From contig OZ296656.1 of assembly GCA_965655095.1 (NCBI GenBank), positions 10,540,001 to 10,604,000 on the forward strand: a DNA stretch of 64,000 nt, given 5' to 3'. Below the pieces are notes generated by a model. That model ran no database searches. It was not told where the DNA came from and saw only the letters and a program-made list of their open reading frames with translations. A program made the position numbers and the translations under genes. Positions 1 to 12,799 of this stretch are shown one piece after another. How positions within the stretch are numbered: the stretch's first letter is position 1; every line of letters starts with the position of its first letter. Source of the stretch: Haplodiscus bocki. Taxonomy: Eukaryota.

Positions 1-1282
1 GGATTTTGTAGCTTAGTTGAGAATTAATATTTAACTGACCGAAGAGAACTTGCTCCGAAGTTCGATATTTTAATCAGCAATCCTTTATGCTAGAGCATGC
101 AGGCAAAGTTTCAGTCAGGTAGAGTTTTGAAACCAAGATTGCTGAAAGCTCAAGGACAGCATTAAAGTTGTGGAAAACTTCGATCTTAGAAATAGCCAAA
201 GTGGGAGCTATTTCAACCAAGCAAGAAATACAGTCTTTTCAAAACCTATTGGATGGACGAATGCCGGTGTAAAGTATAAGAATAGAATGTTCTTGTACAG
301 ACGTTACATAATTTTTGGCGATTAAAATTTTGTTGTTGATTTGGTGTCAAACCCTTAGTTTTGGTTGATTCGAGCTTGCTTTTGATAGCTTTGCTTGAAT
401 TTGGCCAACGTAGTTGTTATTGCAGTTTTTTCAAATCTTTCGACTTTTAGAACTCCGGCGTTTGCACATGAAACTTCGAAGTTTATCAAAAATCTATTGC
501 AGGGACTTCTGATGAAGTTATCGTTTATATGTTTATTTGGCAAAGATCAGTGCCAACCAAGCCTATGTGCTTGAAATGCATGCAAAAAAGTGCGTTGCGA
601 TGTTGTGTTTAAGTTTTCTGCGCCGCCGTTTCACGTTTGCTAAAAAAAACATACATGCAATTATAAACTATCTGTGTTTATCCTGGAATATTTCAAATTA
701 TTTATAATTTTTGAGTACAATCGCTCATTCAGCCCTCCCTGGGAACATCCTCGCCAAAAATGGCTGTTTTTTCGCTTGATTTTTTTCTGCTCGCCCAGTT
801 GCGGTCGAAAACACATACATGGAAACATCATCGCAGACTGATGTGATTGTGCTAAACGAAGTCGAGCATCTGTCGATTCATGAGAGAGGAGCTTCAGCGA
901 CGTATAGTGAAACAGTATCAGGTGAGTGATAAGAACAGAGCAAGCCAAGCAGCATTAACATATTGCCTAAACAACCGGAAGAAAAATGTAACCAGGCAGC
1001 AATGAATATCTTTTGAGAGTTTTTCGAACCACGTCTCATATCCGCAAAGCACTATCCTACTGACTACGACAAGACTTTTAAGAAATGAACGTGATTAATA
1101 ATTTATTTCAGGATAACTTGGTGGAAATTAAATAAAACAAAACAGCCATCACACACCATGGGTTTCACTTTCGCGACAGCTGCTTCTTTGAGACAAGCCT
1201 AGAAAATTCGACGTTTAATTTTTTCTTATACTATATCGTATGTTTTTAGGTACATTTTGGCAGCATCTCTGCAGAATAAGAA

Positions 1283-1900
1283 TTGAAACTGTTATCAGAT
1301 CACTTTGTTCTAGCTCTGTGTTGGCACCATAGGGATCCAGTTGTCTTATCGGTCTCGCTTCTTCCAGCCTGCAACACAAATCTGATGAACACATTTGGGA
1401 TCATTGGAATGTATATCGAAATTTCTGTAGAATACGAAATCACAATACTACTCGAGACCTCGTTTTTCAAATATGCAAGATTGCTAATCTTACATCGAGG
1501 CTGGAAGCTTCATTTCTAATGGATTCGCGGCAACGCCCAAGAGACATTGTGCCCCCAGTTTGCCCTGTTGCTATAGCCTTGCTATGTGAGTATAGTGTCA
1601 GCTCTCCAAACATCCTTGTTTGGCAACGCTCCAGAGGTAAACAGCTATGCAGTAAAGCTTGCGAAAGAAAAATCTGCAAATGGAACATTTTGTCGAAACT
1701 CTTGTCTGGTTTTTCAACCAGTCGGTTTCGAAAGAAGTATCTTCCTCGTTGCCTTCTTGAAATAACTTCTGTTGAGCTGCGTATATGTTTCTTTTCAGCC
1801 TCGGTCCCAAGTCAGAAAAGAATCCTTTCAGAAGTGCAGTACTTTGGCCATCGAGTCAACCCAAACATTACCAATTGCAGATCACCCTCTGAACATGGAT
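1283..1900 (+). mobile_element. Degenerate 3' end of an RLE-encoding (CRE/R2-type) non-LTR retrotransposon: zinc knuckle plus restriction-like endonuclease, frameshifted
   Basis: Joining + frames gives PACNTNLMNTFG/DH...RIRNHNTTRDLVFQICKIANLTSRLEASFLMDSRQRPRDI...LQTSLFGNAPEVNSYAVKLAKEK...FCRNSCLVFQPVGFE. This matches the CxxC..D.FGDH..C..RH..RD....E.....RP.D...LQ....A....K..K...C...F.P..FE pattern of CRE-clade elements. Ends approximate. Confidence 0.6.
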
Positions 1901-4582
1901 CCCACCGAATCTTTGCCCCTGAACTGTCCAAAAGCAATTTTCTTTTCCAACCCACTCAATTGTTAGCTCATCAGTTCGAAGCAAAACCTTTCTGAATCAA
2001 TTCGGGTAAAGGCATCAATTCAAGCAACAAGCACGATAACCACCAGGAGCAATACTTTCACCTACCCGCCCCTCAACCATTTCAACCTACACTGCAGATT
2101 CTTTTACAGCGCTCTGCCTCGATAGAACCCCTTTTGCTTTTCCCAACGATGCTGATGTTACTGGAGCTGTGACGGTACTGCTGACCAGGAAAGAATCATA
2201 CGTCACACCGTCACCCGGAGCAAATACATATTTTTGTGCTTCAATTGGTAGCCTCAACCAAATTTTTTCCGCAACGGCGATATACAACCGCACCGACGGC
2301 AGCAAACAACAAACGTCTTGAATTTAACAGTTTTATCTGACCTAAAACTTCCCAATATTTCCCGCAGAGTTTCTTGCAGGTCGTTCCTGGTTACAACATC
2401 TCAATTTTTAAATGACCAAAACTATTGTGTTTTCTGGACCGTTTGCCTGATCAAACGTGTCTAAGTTGCTGCTTCGAAGTATTTTCACTGATGACATATT
2501 CCTGAGTGTGCTTGGGCCAATTGCCAAGAATGTGCTCACTTTAAAACGAATCTGCAGAAGAATATCTTGCCTACGAAACCTACATGTGCTAAGAGAAAAA
2601 AGCATGAGCTCGGTATCCGGTTCGCGAGATGCATTTTCGCTATGAAACATTCCCTTGACCTGTCAACTCGCTTCCCAAGTTTTGCAATGTTGATCGTTCT
2701 TCAATTGATTAACGCATTCTTAAAAATTCATTTCGTAATTTAATTCCAAAATTCAGCTAAACAGCCATTAATTGCCAACAATCAAATACAAGTATTTGGT
2801 AATTGATGTCAGTTTGACGAATGATATTGAATTCAGTTGTATCTAATCGTCCTCAGTCGGCATTCAGATCTGAAAGATTTTTACGCAGAGCACAATTTCG
2901 TTGAACAGAGCTGTAACAATACTTGTTTTTGTCCGTTGTACTAGTGAAGGAAGGACGGACTGTAGTCACACTCGCATAAATTGTTGGTATACAGTGTCAA
3001 CAAAAGGGTCAAAAGCAGAGTTTTGCTGCGCAAAAAGATCCCCAGCACTTGTACGTCATGACTGCGAGCAAGCATGTTGTTGTGGCCCGTTTGGATAGAA
3101 ATGCCGAGTCCCTGACAAGGATTCGAAGCGGATGTTACTCAGCATTAGCCAATGCTGTCGGCATTGGTATATTTCAAAATTAATCAATTTTTTGATTGCA
3201 ACTACATAAAGTAACAATGAAAGTAAGCTATCAATTCCTAAAATCGCTGCAATGGAAATTTTCATTTCCTAAAGCAAACTGTGACACAAAAGTCGCCCAC
3301 CTTAACAGAAAATTAAACAGCTGGCAGAATTCAAACTTAATCTTAACCTTCGGTTTTTGTAAGTTCAAAAAAGTTGACAACTGATCGACAATTCAAAAAG
3401 ACTGTTAGAATGGCAAATGGCTAATGTATATTTACGCATGGTCGTAGATTGCCCTAGGGAGACTTTGCCTGACAATCATGCAAGAGTATTATTTTGAAGC
3501 GAATTGTCGCCGGATCATTTTTGTAAACAAGATTTATTTCACTTTGTACTTCCTCATCCCTTTAGCCTGGGCAGTAGTCTGTAGTCATCAACTACGCTCA
3601 TTGTTTTTTTTCATGTAGATTATCGAAGATGGCCCAGAACATCAAATGAGGACCAGTTTGTTGATGATTTCTAATTATGGGACTTCCAATTTTTCAAGAG
3701 AATCGATTCCTACGGAATCAAGTCTATTGAAGTCAGCTAGGGTTGAGAACCAGTTGTCGGTGGGCAGGAACTGAATCATAGAAGCTGCTATGAATGAATG
3801 GTTGCAAAATTTCACCAATTAGTTTAAAGTTTGTTAGTGCCGTGTTCAAACCGGCGAAGGAGATTTGTGCTCCGAATCTAGCGCACGGAATGTCTTCGTT
3901 ACGCTCAAATCCCCTCGGGGATGTTCAAAACCAGGCACTTACAAAATTTACTGACGGATCAAATTTAAACAGGTTTCCATCCAATTCTGTAGCATTGTGC
4001 GTTCTTAAAAATTCCAAAAAACTCCGACATGATTGGTTTTCCAAAGTGGTCACAAAAAAATGAGAAATTGAAATAATGACGGTGAAAATTTAACTGTAAT
4101 TATTCTCCAGTTCAGTCGAATTTTCAAATTTAGTGGTAAAACTTTTCAAAGTCGAATCGAACTGTTAGTGATTTGTGAAACTTCAAGCCGACTGTCCTAA
4201 TTCTATAAAAGACGATAAATTTGGAACCGTAGTGAGCGTTGCATGAAATTTTTGTAGACCGCATTATTGGCAAAAAAGTTAGACATTTAGCAAACATGTT
4301 TTTTGAAAGTTTTCAGTGCTGCATTGGCAGAAAGTTTAAGTTTCCAAATATGTATAAACAATAATATACAGTAGTGTCAGAAAAGAATGGAATCTTTATT
4401 TGTGATTTAAGACTGGAACGCTACATATCCTTGCATAATACTTGAAAACAACTGAAAATTAGAAGTTATGCTCGAAACAACAAAAGTTTCTTAGAATTAT
4501 ATCTAGTTCACAATGATGTTTGTTTGAAACTTCTAGGATCATTATTATAGAAGTAAGGAGATTTTGCGTCTCTATGTATTAA

Positions 4583-4963
4583 AATGGGAGGTTGATTTTT
4601 TATCACTACTTTCGATGTTTTCAGTACCTTCTACTCCGTTTTTGTTTACATTTGATATACTGTCAATATGCCTTCCATCTACTGATTACACTCAGAAGTT
4701 GGCAGCTCCCTAGTGTTTACACTATCAAAGTTCGGAGACATGTCTTGCGAAAAAGTAGTCATTCACAATGTTAATACGTTGTAAAGGGTGTCATTTTTTT
4801 TAGAATGTCTCCGCATTTTGATAGTGTAAACACTGGAGAGCTGCCAACTTCTGAGAGTAATCAGTAGATGAGGGGCACCTTGACAGTATATGAAATGTAA
4901 ACAAAAACGGAGTAGAAGTTACTTAAAACATCGAAAGTTGTGATGCAAAATCAACCTCCTATC
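4583..4963. mobile_element. Palindromic MITE with ~160-bp inverted arms, flanked by TTAA (Kolobok/Sola3/piggyBac-type target site)
   Basis: 4583-4741 is the reverse complement of 4805-4963 (e.g. ggaggttgatttt / aaaatcaacctcc; cagaagttggcagctc / gagctgccaacttctg). TTAA at 4579-4582 and 4964-4967. Confidence 0.8.
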
Positions 4964-4974
4964 TTAATTAAGTA

Positions 4975-5744
4975 CAGTAGTGATTTTAAGTAACGCGACT
5001 AGACGTTAATAAAACGTCAACTTTAAACACGAATAACTTCGGGAATAATGATTTTGGACAAAAGTACCAGAAACAAAATATTCTTATAATTTCAGGAGAT
5101 TATAATGGTGTTTGTTTGAAAAATTTCCAACGAATAAGGCAAAAACTAGAAAATGCATTTTCGGCCAAACTTTCCATTCTTTTGAGAATTTCGTAACTCT
5201 AAAAAAATTAATAATGGAATTTGATTTCTTCAATAGATGCATCTGATGTTTCTGCAACGGCTGATATCATTTGTCGGCGGAAAAGTTTTCAAAAACTACT
5301 TGAAAACTTATCTTGAATGTATTAAATTTGAAAATCAATGTATTAAGATAGGTTGTTAAAATTATACTTTTACTTTTTGCAATTTCTTCTGAAAATTCAA
5401 AGTTGTGAAGAAAGTGTTAAAAATAAAAGCTCGGGAGCTAAAACTAACAAATTATGTAATTCGTCTCTGGCTATCTTGTGTCATTGTCAAGATTTCTTAT
5501 GAAAACTACCAAAATTATTCGTTATTCGCAATGCTTGCATAGTTTATTTACTCAACTTTGGGACGCAATTTTCTACCCTGTTGAAGTACTTGCTTCCGCA
5601 AATAAAACAACCATGTCGTAGTCCTTTTAATGAGCTTTCTCAGAGTACCATTGTTTACTCTGATCTCCTAATATTTACTTCCCCTCTTTGGTTTTTGTAA
5701 AGCGTATCAAAATTGCGGAGTCGCGTTACTTAAAATCACTACTG
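4975..5744. mobile_element. Tc1/mariner-type non-autonomous element (MITE)
   Basis: Perfect 26-bp TIR cagtagtgattttaagtaacgcgact / agtcgcgttacttaaaatcactactg. TA dinucleotides at 4973-4974 and 5745-5746. No ORF. Confidence 0.88.
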
Positions 5745-6198
5745 TACAACAAAAACGTTGTATGCGCCTTTCTGGCCTGTAATCATGGTCCTGAAATCAA
5801 TGTGCGCCTAAAAAGTTCACTGAAAAGTTTGAACAATTAGTCGTGTCGGAGTGGAAAAGGAAAAACAAAAGCCACTTTAATGGTCGCGCACTTTCAGTAA
5901 AAGCGCCGACTAAAAACAGTCGATCCTACCGAAGTGCTGACTTTTCAAAATTGACGTTTAAGTAGCAAAAAATTTTTCTGTTTGGATGAGCTACTCCATT
6001 TATTGTATAGATAACACGGAATGATTCATTCGTTCATTGAAAAAAGTGCCAAACCACTTTTCCGTTGATAAATTAGTTCTGACAGTGTGCAAATTTCAAA
6101 CTTTAAATCCACGATTATCTCGTAAAAACTTTATCAACTCAAAATGTAGTCAAATGTCTCAAACTTATGATGCATGACCTCCAGTATCTGTCAGCTCC

Positions 6199-6290
6199 AT
6201 GAGAATTAAGTTTCGTCATGGCTTGTTATTCTTGGCGTTTATAGCGATATCTGTCATTTTGTACAACGCACCCTCTGAAAACGAAGGAAG
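6199..6290 (+). CDS. GT61 glycosyltransferase, exon 1 (short cytoplasmic tail and signal-anchor)
   Basis: MRIKFRHGLLFLAFIAISVILYNAPSENEG: basic N-terminus then a hydrophobic helix, typical of Golgi type II glycosyltransferases. Donor AAG|GTCGGC at 6291, phase 2, matches the acceptor tttcag at 6518. Confidence 0.65.
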
Positions 6291-6518
6291 GTCGGCAGCT
6301 TATCTTTTTCCCACATTTTTTGGAAGAAAAGTTTTAAACCCAAATTTTTCATATTTCCAAGCAAAACCAACAGTTGAGATGCAACAATCATTTTTTCACT
6401 TCTTCCTAATGAACTGCAAAAAACTTCATCCCATTCCTCATTTTTAGTGCAGTTTTCAAAATATTTTTTAATAGTATTTTTGTCCATTTTTCTAATTTGT
6501 GGGGGAAGGAAGTTTCAG

Positions 6519-6697
6519 ACAGGGTTATACAGAGCGCTTGTTGCCTGCTACTCGCAAGCTAGCTACAACAAATTCAACAACTTTGAAGTTAAAATCTTGT
6601 ATTGTGATAAATAAAGAAGTGATCCCAAAAGTGACTCCTGTGGCCTTGTTCAGAAATGCGATGATAATACAAAACAATGCAACTATCAGTGCCAGAG
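6519..6697 (+). CDS. GT61 glycosyltransferase, exon 2 (stem region; 3' boundary uncertain, 6697 or 6714)
   Basis: Phase-2 acceptor; reads RQGYTERLL...KVTPVALFRNAMIIQNNATISAR(GTGENE). Donor G|GTACAG (6698) is phase 1 and fits exon 3; the alternative donor GAG|GTAGAA (6715) is phase 0. Confidence 0.55.
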
Positions 6698-6841
6698 GTA
6701 CAGGAGAAAACGAGGTAGAATAATATTCCTTTTTTATCATGACCCCCCCCCCCCCTTTGTAAGACAGGAAAATTTTTGCTCCCCGCTATCAATTTTTTTA
6801 CACTTAATGGAAGGTTGCTTTTATAATCATTTTCATGGCTA

Positions 6842-7139
6842 CCCTAGATGAACCTCCAGAGATTTCTTGCAAAGATCTTGCAAGAATCTTACACGAGCGG
6901 CGTTATCTTGGAATTACAGAAACATATTGCAAGTTTCTTGAAAGAACCTTGCAATGAAACGTCTGATCTACTTAACAGACATTTCTTCCAAGAAAAATGC
7001 ACAAATGAGAAGTCTCTAGCAAGAATCTTCCACTAATCTTGCATTTCTTGCACTTTTTGCAAGATTCTTGCAATTTTCTGCAAGTCTTGCTGAAACCTCC
7101 AAGGATCTTGCAAGTTTTGTCTGACAGATTAATTACGGT
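6842..7139. mobile_element. Degenerate MITE-like element rich in the palindrome TCTTGCAAGA (intron 2)
   Basis: Many tcttgcaag / cttgcaaga units. Imperfect inverted ends taccctagatgaacctccagaga / tctgacagattaattacggta. Confidence 0.45.
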
Positions 7140-7336
7140 ATAAATAACATTTTTCCGGGAATTCTGGGGCTATAGTTTATTGAAGGTGGTGGGAGTGGCT
7201 GTAACCTCTTCAAAGAGTTTTTCATAATCAAAAATATAGACTTTCCATGAACTTTTTGCATCTATCATGATATTTTTTAAATCCTCGATCTCAAAACCTA
7301 TTTTCAAATATTATGAACTTGTACCTCTGCTCTCAG

Positions 7337-7633
7337 CAGAAAAGAAAGACAGCAAAAGCGAAAAGAAATGGAAATTCGAGCATGGATTTATCAAAGTCAT
7401 TTGCCCCATCTTCAAGTTTTCACAACAGTTTATGGATCAAGTGAGGAGAATACATGATAATCTATTGACCAATGTTCCCATGGTGTATACCAACAGTAGT
7501 CTTGTTTCTGTCAAACCCCTCGAACAGTGGACTAAACTGGATTCAGTCGTGTTGGTCATCCGGGAGGAGTACGCAAACCCCTACTGGGTACTAATTGATC
7601 TCATTGACATCTATCTGGCTCTCAACCAATCAA
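7337..7633 (+). CDS. GT61 glycosyltransferase, exon 3
   Basis: Acceptor tctcagcag (NAGNAG, phase 1). Reads ...WKFEHGFIKVIC...VVLVIREEYANPYWVLIDLIDIYLALNQS, matching the GT61 R-x-EYANxxH..D motif. Donor A|GTAAGA at 7634, phase 1. Confidence 0.8.
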
Positions 7634-7813
7634 GTAAGACTAACTGGCTTTTTTCCTCCTTCCCATACAAGATATTTTTTCTCATTTTCAATAATTTTTT
7701 TTCTAATGGATTATTTTTGGCACTACTATTCAATATTTCTTAAATATGTGAAAAAAGGCTGGGAAAGTTTGTCGTTATTCATTTGAAATGAAATTTGAAT
7801 TAAAATCTGGCAT

Positions 7814-7817
<4 letters not shown>

Positions 7818-7859
<42 letters not shown>

Positions 7860-7871
7860 TGTGTGTGTGTG
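7818..7871. repeat. (TG)n microsatellite followed by a G-rich tract
   Basis: About 27 TG units, then ggtggggaggaggggtgggggtggtgggg. Confidence 0.95.
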
Positions 7872-8822
7872 GTGGGGAGGAGGGGTGGGGGTGGTGGGGA
7901 AGGGAGGAAAAAGTCTGGTCTGAACAATCTGAAGAGCGTCGTTATAGCATGGAGTGAAGATTGAAGCCACGATAACAGACGAGCTTATTATATAAATAAT
8001 TCTAGGGGAAAGGGAAAAAGATCAGATCACTTTCAGCCGAAATACAAAGTTCTTGAAAGTGTGGTGTTCATTTTTTCTATTGTGAAACTGCAATTGAATT
8101 TGGAACATTGAGAGGTTTTCATGATTTCAGCATTGCAATACGAATAGTGCACCAACGAAATTTGCGATGTTAAGAGTCTAAGAAGATCTTGAAAGTTCTC
8201 AGGCTTACACTTCATAAAATTTCCCATTTTATCGCGTTACACATAACGCTTAAACATCAAATAATTAGAACATGATTAATTAGTTAGAGCTAACCTTTTG
8301 TGAAGGGCCGCGTGTCCATATAAAAAGAATAAAAAAGCCGCTTGAATAAATAAACCGTTGGAGTTGCACTAATAATTTTTTACAAAAAAAATTCTAACGG
8401 GAGCTATTTTCCTATTGGCTCCTGCTGCTAACATGTTTGGTACAAGCCAATTTCTTATTGGTTGCATGAAATGGCAGCATGCTTTTTGTGGAGTCGAAAC
8501 GGACTCGATCAAAATTTTCCCTCCCGATTAACGGACGGGACTCCTCAGTCCTCTTCTGACTTGCTTTACTCTTCTCTTCTCCCTTTTACTTGGACAAACT
8601 ATTCTAAGTCCAACTCCCTTTCTCCCTTTTACTCTCTTGGACAAAATTATTCTCAGTCCAATTCCTCTTCTCTTCCGACAAAAAAGTTCTAAGTCGAAAT
8701 TCGCTCTTCTCTTTGCTCTTCGCGGTCTAAAAACTCTGAGTCCAGTTCCAAATCAGCAAAAATATCAAAAGTCAAACTTTCTTTCTGACTAAAAAAATTC
8801 CCTCTTTTTGCTTACACATTCC

Positions 8823-9075
8823 ATACTCTTGCCACTGGAGTCTAAACAGTGTCCACTAACGCTGGCTTTGGTTTCATCTTGTGCCGATTCCGTGGACGAA
8901 CCTCGGTTCTGACACAAGAGTGAATCTCAAATTGCACAACTTCTTACTTATTCTATACTCTTGCCGCTGGAGTCGAAACAGTGTCCACTAACGCTAGCTT
9001 CGGTATTAGCGTGTGAGGATTCTGTTGACGAGCTCCGGATCTGAAGCAAGAGCGAACTTTAAATTCCACAACTCT
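8823..9075. repeat. Diverged tandem duplication, ~133-bp unit x2
   Basis: atactcttgccactggagtctaaacagtgtccactaacgct at ~8823 recurs as atactcttgccgctggagtcgaaacagtgtccactaacgct at ~8956. Confidence 0.8.
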
Positions 9076-11996
9076 CACGACGTTCCTAGAAAGAGAATTG
9101 TCGTTACATAGATCGAATCTCACCTCGTCTGCTGCCGTGGTAAATTAGAATTTATTCTAAATTCCTAGATGCGGATTAAATATGCAGAAACCGTCCCTTT
9201 TGAAAATAATATAAAATAATTTCACTCTTTGCATTGATTCGGAATTCCCCATTCCATTCCATTGCAAGTCAAATTTATAAGAGTAGAGTCCCGGAGCAAC
9301 ACACAGATCATCCAACTCCATCAGCGGTATCCGTTAGTTAGAAAATTTTCTAGTCCAGAATGGGTACACCTCTCTGGTCCATTCTAATGCGTTTTGAATA
9401 AATTCCCCCCGTAACATCCGCTAGACAGTGATCTCAGTTGGAGAAAGAAAGGATTAAGAGAACATCACCAGGTTGCCGCTAGAAGAGAGCTTTTACCTGA
9501 GTCCTAGACAAAAACCTAAAATAAATCAAACCTCGCCAATAATTCCGGAGATTTATTCACGGTTTGGAAAATTAGTGGAATCTAGGCTACTCCGACCAGT
9601 TGCTATGGTAACGCAAGTACTGAGTGTAAGTAAAAGACTGAAAGAACACAAATTCTAAAATGGAACTCATTTAAATCTTTCGTCAACGGCTCACGCCAGC
9701 CCAAAAGAGGATATCTAGGTTCCAACCAGTAGACGGCGAACTTCCTGTTACTGAGTGTAGTCAAAAGGCTAGAAGTTTATATATGAATTAACATTAACAA
9801 ATAAAACGTGAACCTTACAAAAAACTACCACCAAAAAGGACAGTGCTAGAAAAGTCGGAGAATAAAGTCTCATTCCTAGCCCCAAACAAAAAAAATATAT
9901 TCACCCGTATTACTCAACCTCACTCAAAAGAACTCCAAGTGATTTTTTTCGAAGGTTTTTTAGCATTTAAATTTTGTCCTTTGGTTTCTGAGTTCAATTC
10001 ATGAGATAAGTTTCTACTGGTTTTCGGACTTTTATATCGTTTGTTTTTTGAATAAATTTGATTCTTTTTGACGATTTTGTAAAATTTTATGATTAATTTT
10101 CAGTCAAGTTATCGTTATTATCTTTTTGCATAGGATTTTCTACAAGTTAGGTAATTCTACAAGTTAGGTAATAGGAACGAGAAGCCTAGTTGAAATTTGA
10201 GATCGAACAGAGAATTTTCGTGAAGGGATGAATTTTGTGTTTGTAACGATTTAATATTTTTCAAAACTGCTGTTCGTAATTTAAGGGAATAGAGCATAAT
10301 TCCTCCCTAGTTCCCACTTTTATCGCTTGCAGTCATACATGGCTCAGAACCCAAATTGCGCTGTTTCCCTTTGATTTCACTTGTGTTTGTATCCCTCGAT
10401 AGACTGATTAATTGATTATTTCATTTTCTAATTTCCTTTCATCGCTCTTAAAGTCCTTGCTTTTGAACTTACGCAATCTGTGTTCGCGGAGCCTGCAAGG
10501 CAACAAAAATAGAGACATGAAAGCTCTAGAGATTTGTTCCGTTTATTAACAAAACAATCCAAACACGGCTGTCGCTGCTTTAATGGAGTCTTAGTCACGC
10601 ACCGCTTAGAGCTAGCTGAAGATTTGAACCAAATAATATTCGCAATGTCAACATCTATCTTCTAACTACACATGCTTTTGCGACATTTTTTAAATTAAAA
10701 AATCAAAAGCTAGTTTTTACCTAGCGGTCCGTTTTGAAATCTCAGAAATTTGGGGCTTGACTGACCATTTTTGTATTTCTGCTTAGTTGGTGTTTCTACA
10801 CGCTGTTTTTGGCTGGTAGATTCGATGCTTGGTTGAGAAATTTTTCGATGGAATTTTTATCTCGCCTTTGATTTCTTAATCCGTCACAATTTCAACAAGT
10901 CTTAAGAAAGGTTGTCTACCCGATGTTTCTGCCCGGTTGCAATTTCGGATCTTTTGACGTTTTTTCTCCATAGCGAATTGTCTTCACAGCGAAGTTCAAA
11001 TGGTAATGAGCTGAGTCATAGCTTCCTGAATAAATGAATTGAATGAGTATTGATTTTCTATATTGTTGTCATTAGCTCATTAGGAGTAGGTTTGGGTGGA
11101 TGGCATACTGGAATATCCCGCAATTTCTGTCTAGTTAATTACTCTGTTCGTAATGAGAATTTTTTTTATCGCAATTCTATCACGTTTCCAATTTCTCAAG
11201 ATCATCTATCTGGTAGAATTGAAGAATTAAATTTGAAAGTCTCATATCCCTGAACACTTCTTAAGTAATCATGTGAAACTCCGGTGAAAATCTCAAATAA
11301 GTCAGGGCTAATGCTCAAATTCGTCAGAAGCTACATGTTACCAAAATATTTCACACCTGTTTCATTCAGTAAAACCCCACTTACGAAGAAAATGAAATCA
11401 GATTGGCAAGTTGAGAACGGTTGATTCAAATTGTTCAATAAAAAACTTGTCCCGGAACAAATTTGCATCAACGCTACCAACTTTGCTTAGTGGAAGCCCG
11501 GTTTCAACTAAACGCAGTTGTTACTTATGCCTTTTGATACAATTTCAGTGTATTCTGAAACTTCTGAAGTTTCCCAAAGCTAAACAGGCGTGTGAAGCAA
11601 CCACTCCTGACAGAGTTTCCGACAATACACAGCTCTCTGTTGGAACTTTAAGACTGAAAGAAGCGCGATAGAATCTATAGCTTTCAAAAGTCATCTAAGG
11701 TGGACACTATCAACAAAAGTCCAAAAGCACGCACGGTGAATAATTAGCAAATTAGACTTCCCAGATGGAGAACGGAGGAATGTTTGCAATCAGCTGGAGG
11801 ATGTTGATTGAGAGCCTATTTAAAATTGTCTTCTACGCGTTGAAAACAACCTTGAAAGACAAAACCCTTGTCTGCTGGCATTCACGTTAGATGACTGTAT
11901 TTTTCAACGATAATCTTGAATGCCGAATCGGCTCCATTTTATGTTCAATATTTTTCACATGTTCCATTTTCGTTTTATATTTTTGCTATAAACAAT

Positions 11997-12101
11997 TGAA
12001 CATGGGTAATGGAAGCCCGAGGGCATTGCACCACTTCCTTGAGGGCCTATAGGTCACTCAGCTAAGCTTCCATTCCCTGGGGCTTCCCATGCCCATGTTC
12101 A
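11997..12101. repeat. Short inverted-repeat element (mini-MITE)
   Basis: tgaacatgggtaatggaagccc ... gggcttcccatgcccatgttca: 22-bp imperfect TIRs. Confidence 0.55.
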
Positions 12102-12799
12102 GATATTAACTCGGATGTCACGCGATTGCTCGCAAATATTTCTCACTAGTTCTGGAAAAGTTTGAATTGAAAATTATTAAAAATAAAAAAAATGGGGAAA
12201 ATAGAAGCTTTCATATCGCGGAATCCGCCACAAACCTTTAAAAGGAAAAAAACAAGGATAAAATGTTACAAAACAAACGCAGTAGTTAGTCCCATCATCA
12301 TTTTGATGTTTGCCGTTGTTTATTTGGACGCACATCATATGGAAGGTTTTTGATTGCTGAATAATGTTAGCTGCAGGAGATGCTGATGCAAACTTTAATG
12401 AAAGAGAGCCCTAAATAGCAAACTCTATTTGGAACCGTTTGGAAACGGCCCCTGAAGATATTTGCAAACCTAGGGTTCTTCGTTGTCTTCAACCAGTCAC
12501 AAATACCTGCTGATCTACCAAACGAGATTTTTTGAGAAATCGACAAACTTTGAATGCAAATTCATTTGGCTCACGTTTTAATCATAATTCCCCAACCATT
12601 TTCTGAAGCCGTCGATGCTTGCCGTAGAACATGCTGAGCCATGGAAAGCTTTCGGTGATCTTTCCATGACCATGGAAACGCTTCCACGGCTTTTCTGTAC
12701 CATGGCAATCACACCATGGCTTGGATCACTCGGTACATTGAGACAAACAGTTGCTATGGGCTATGAATATAAGTTGAAGCATGCCGAAATATAAGCAGA

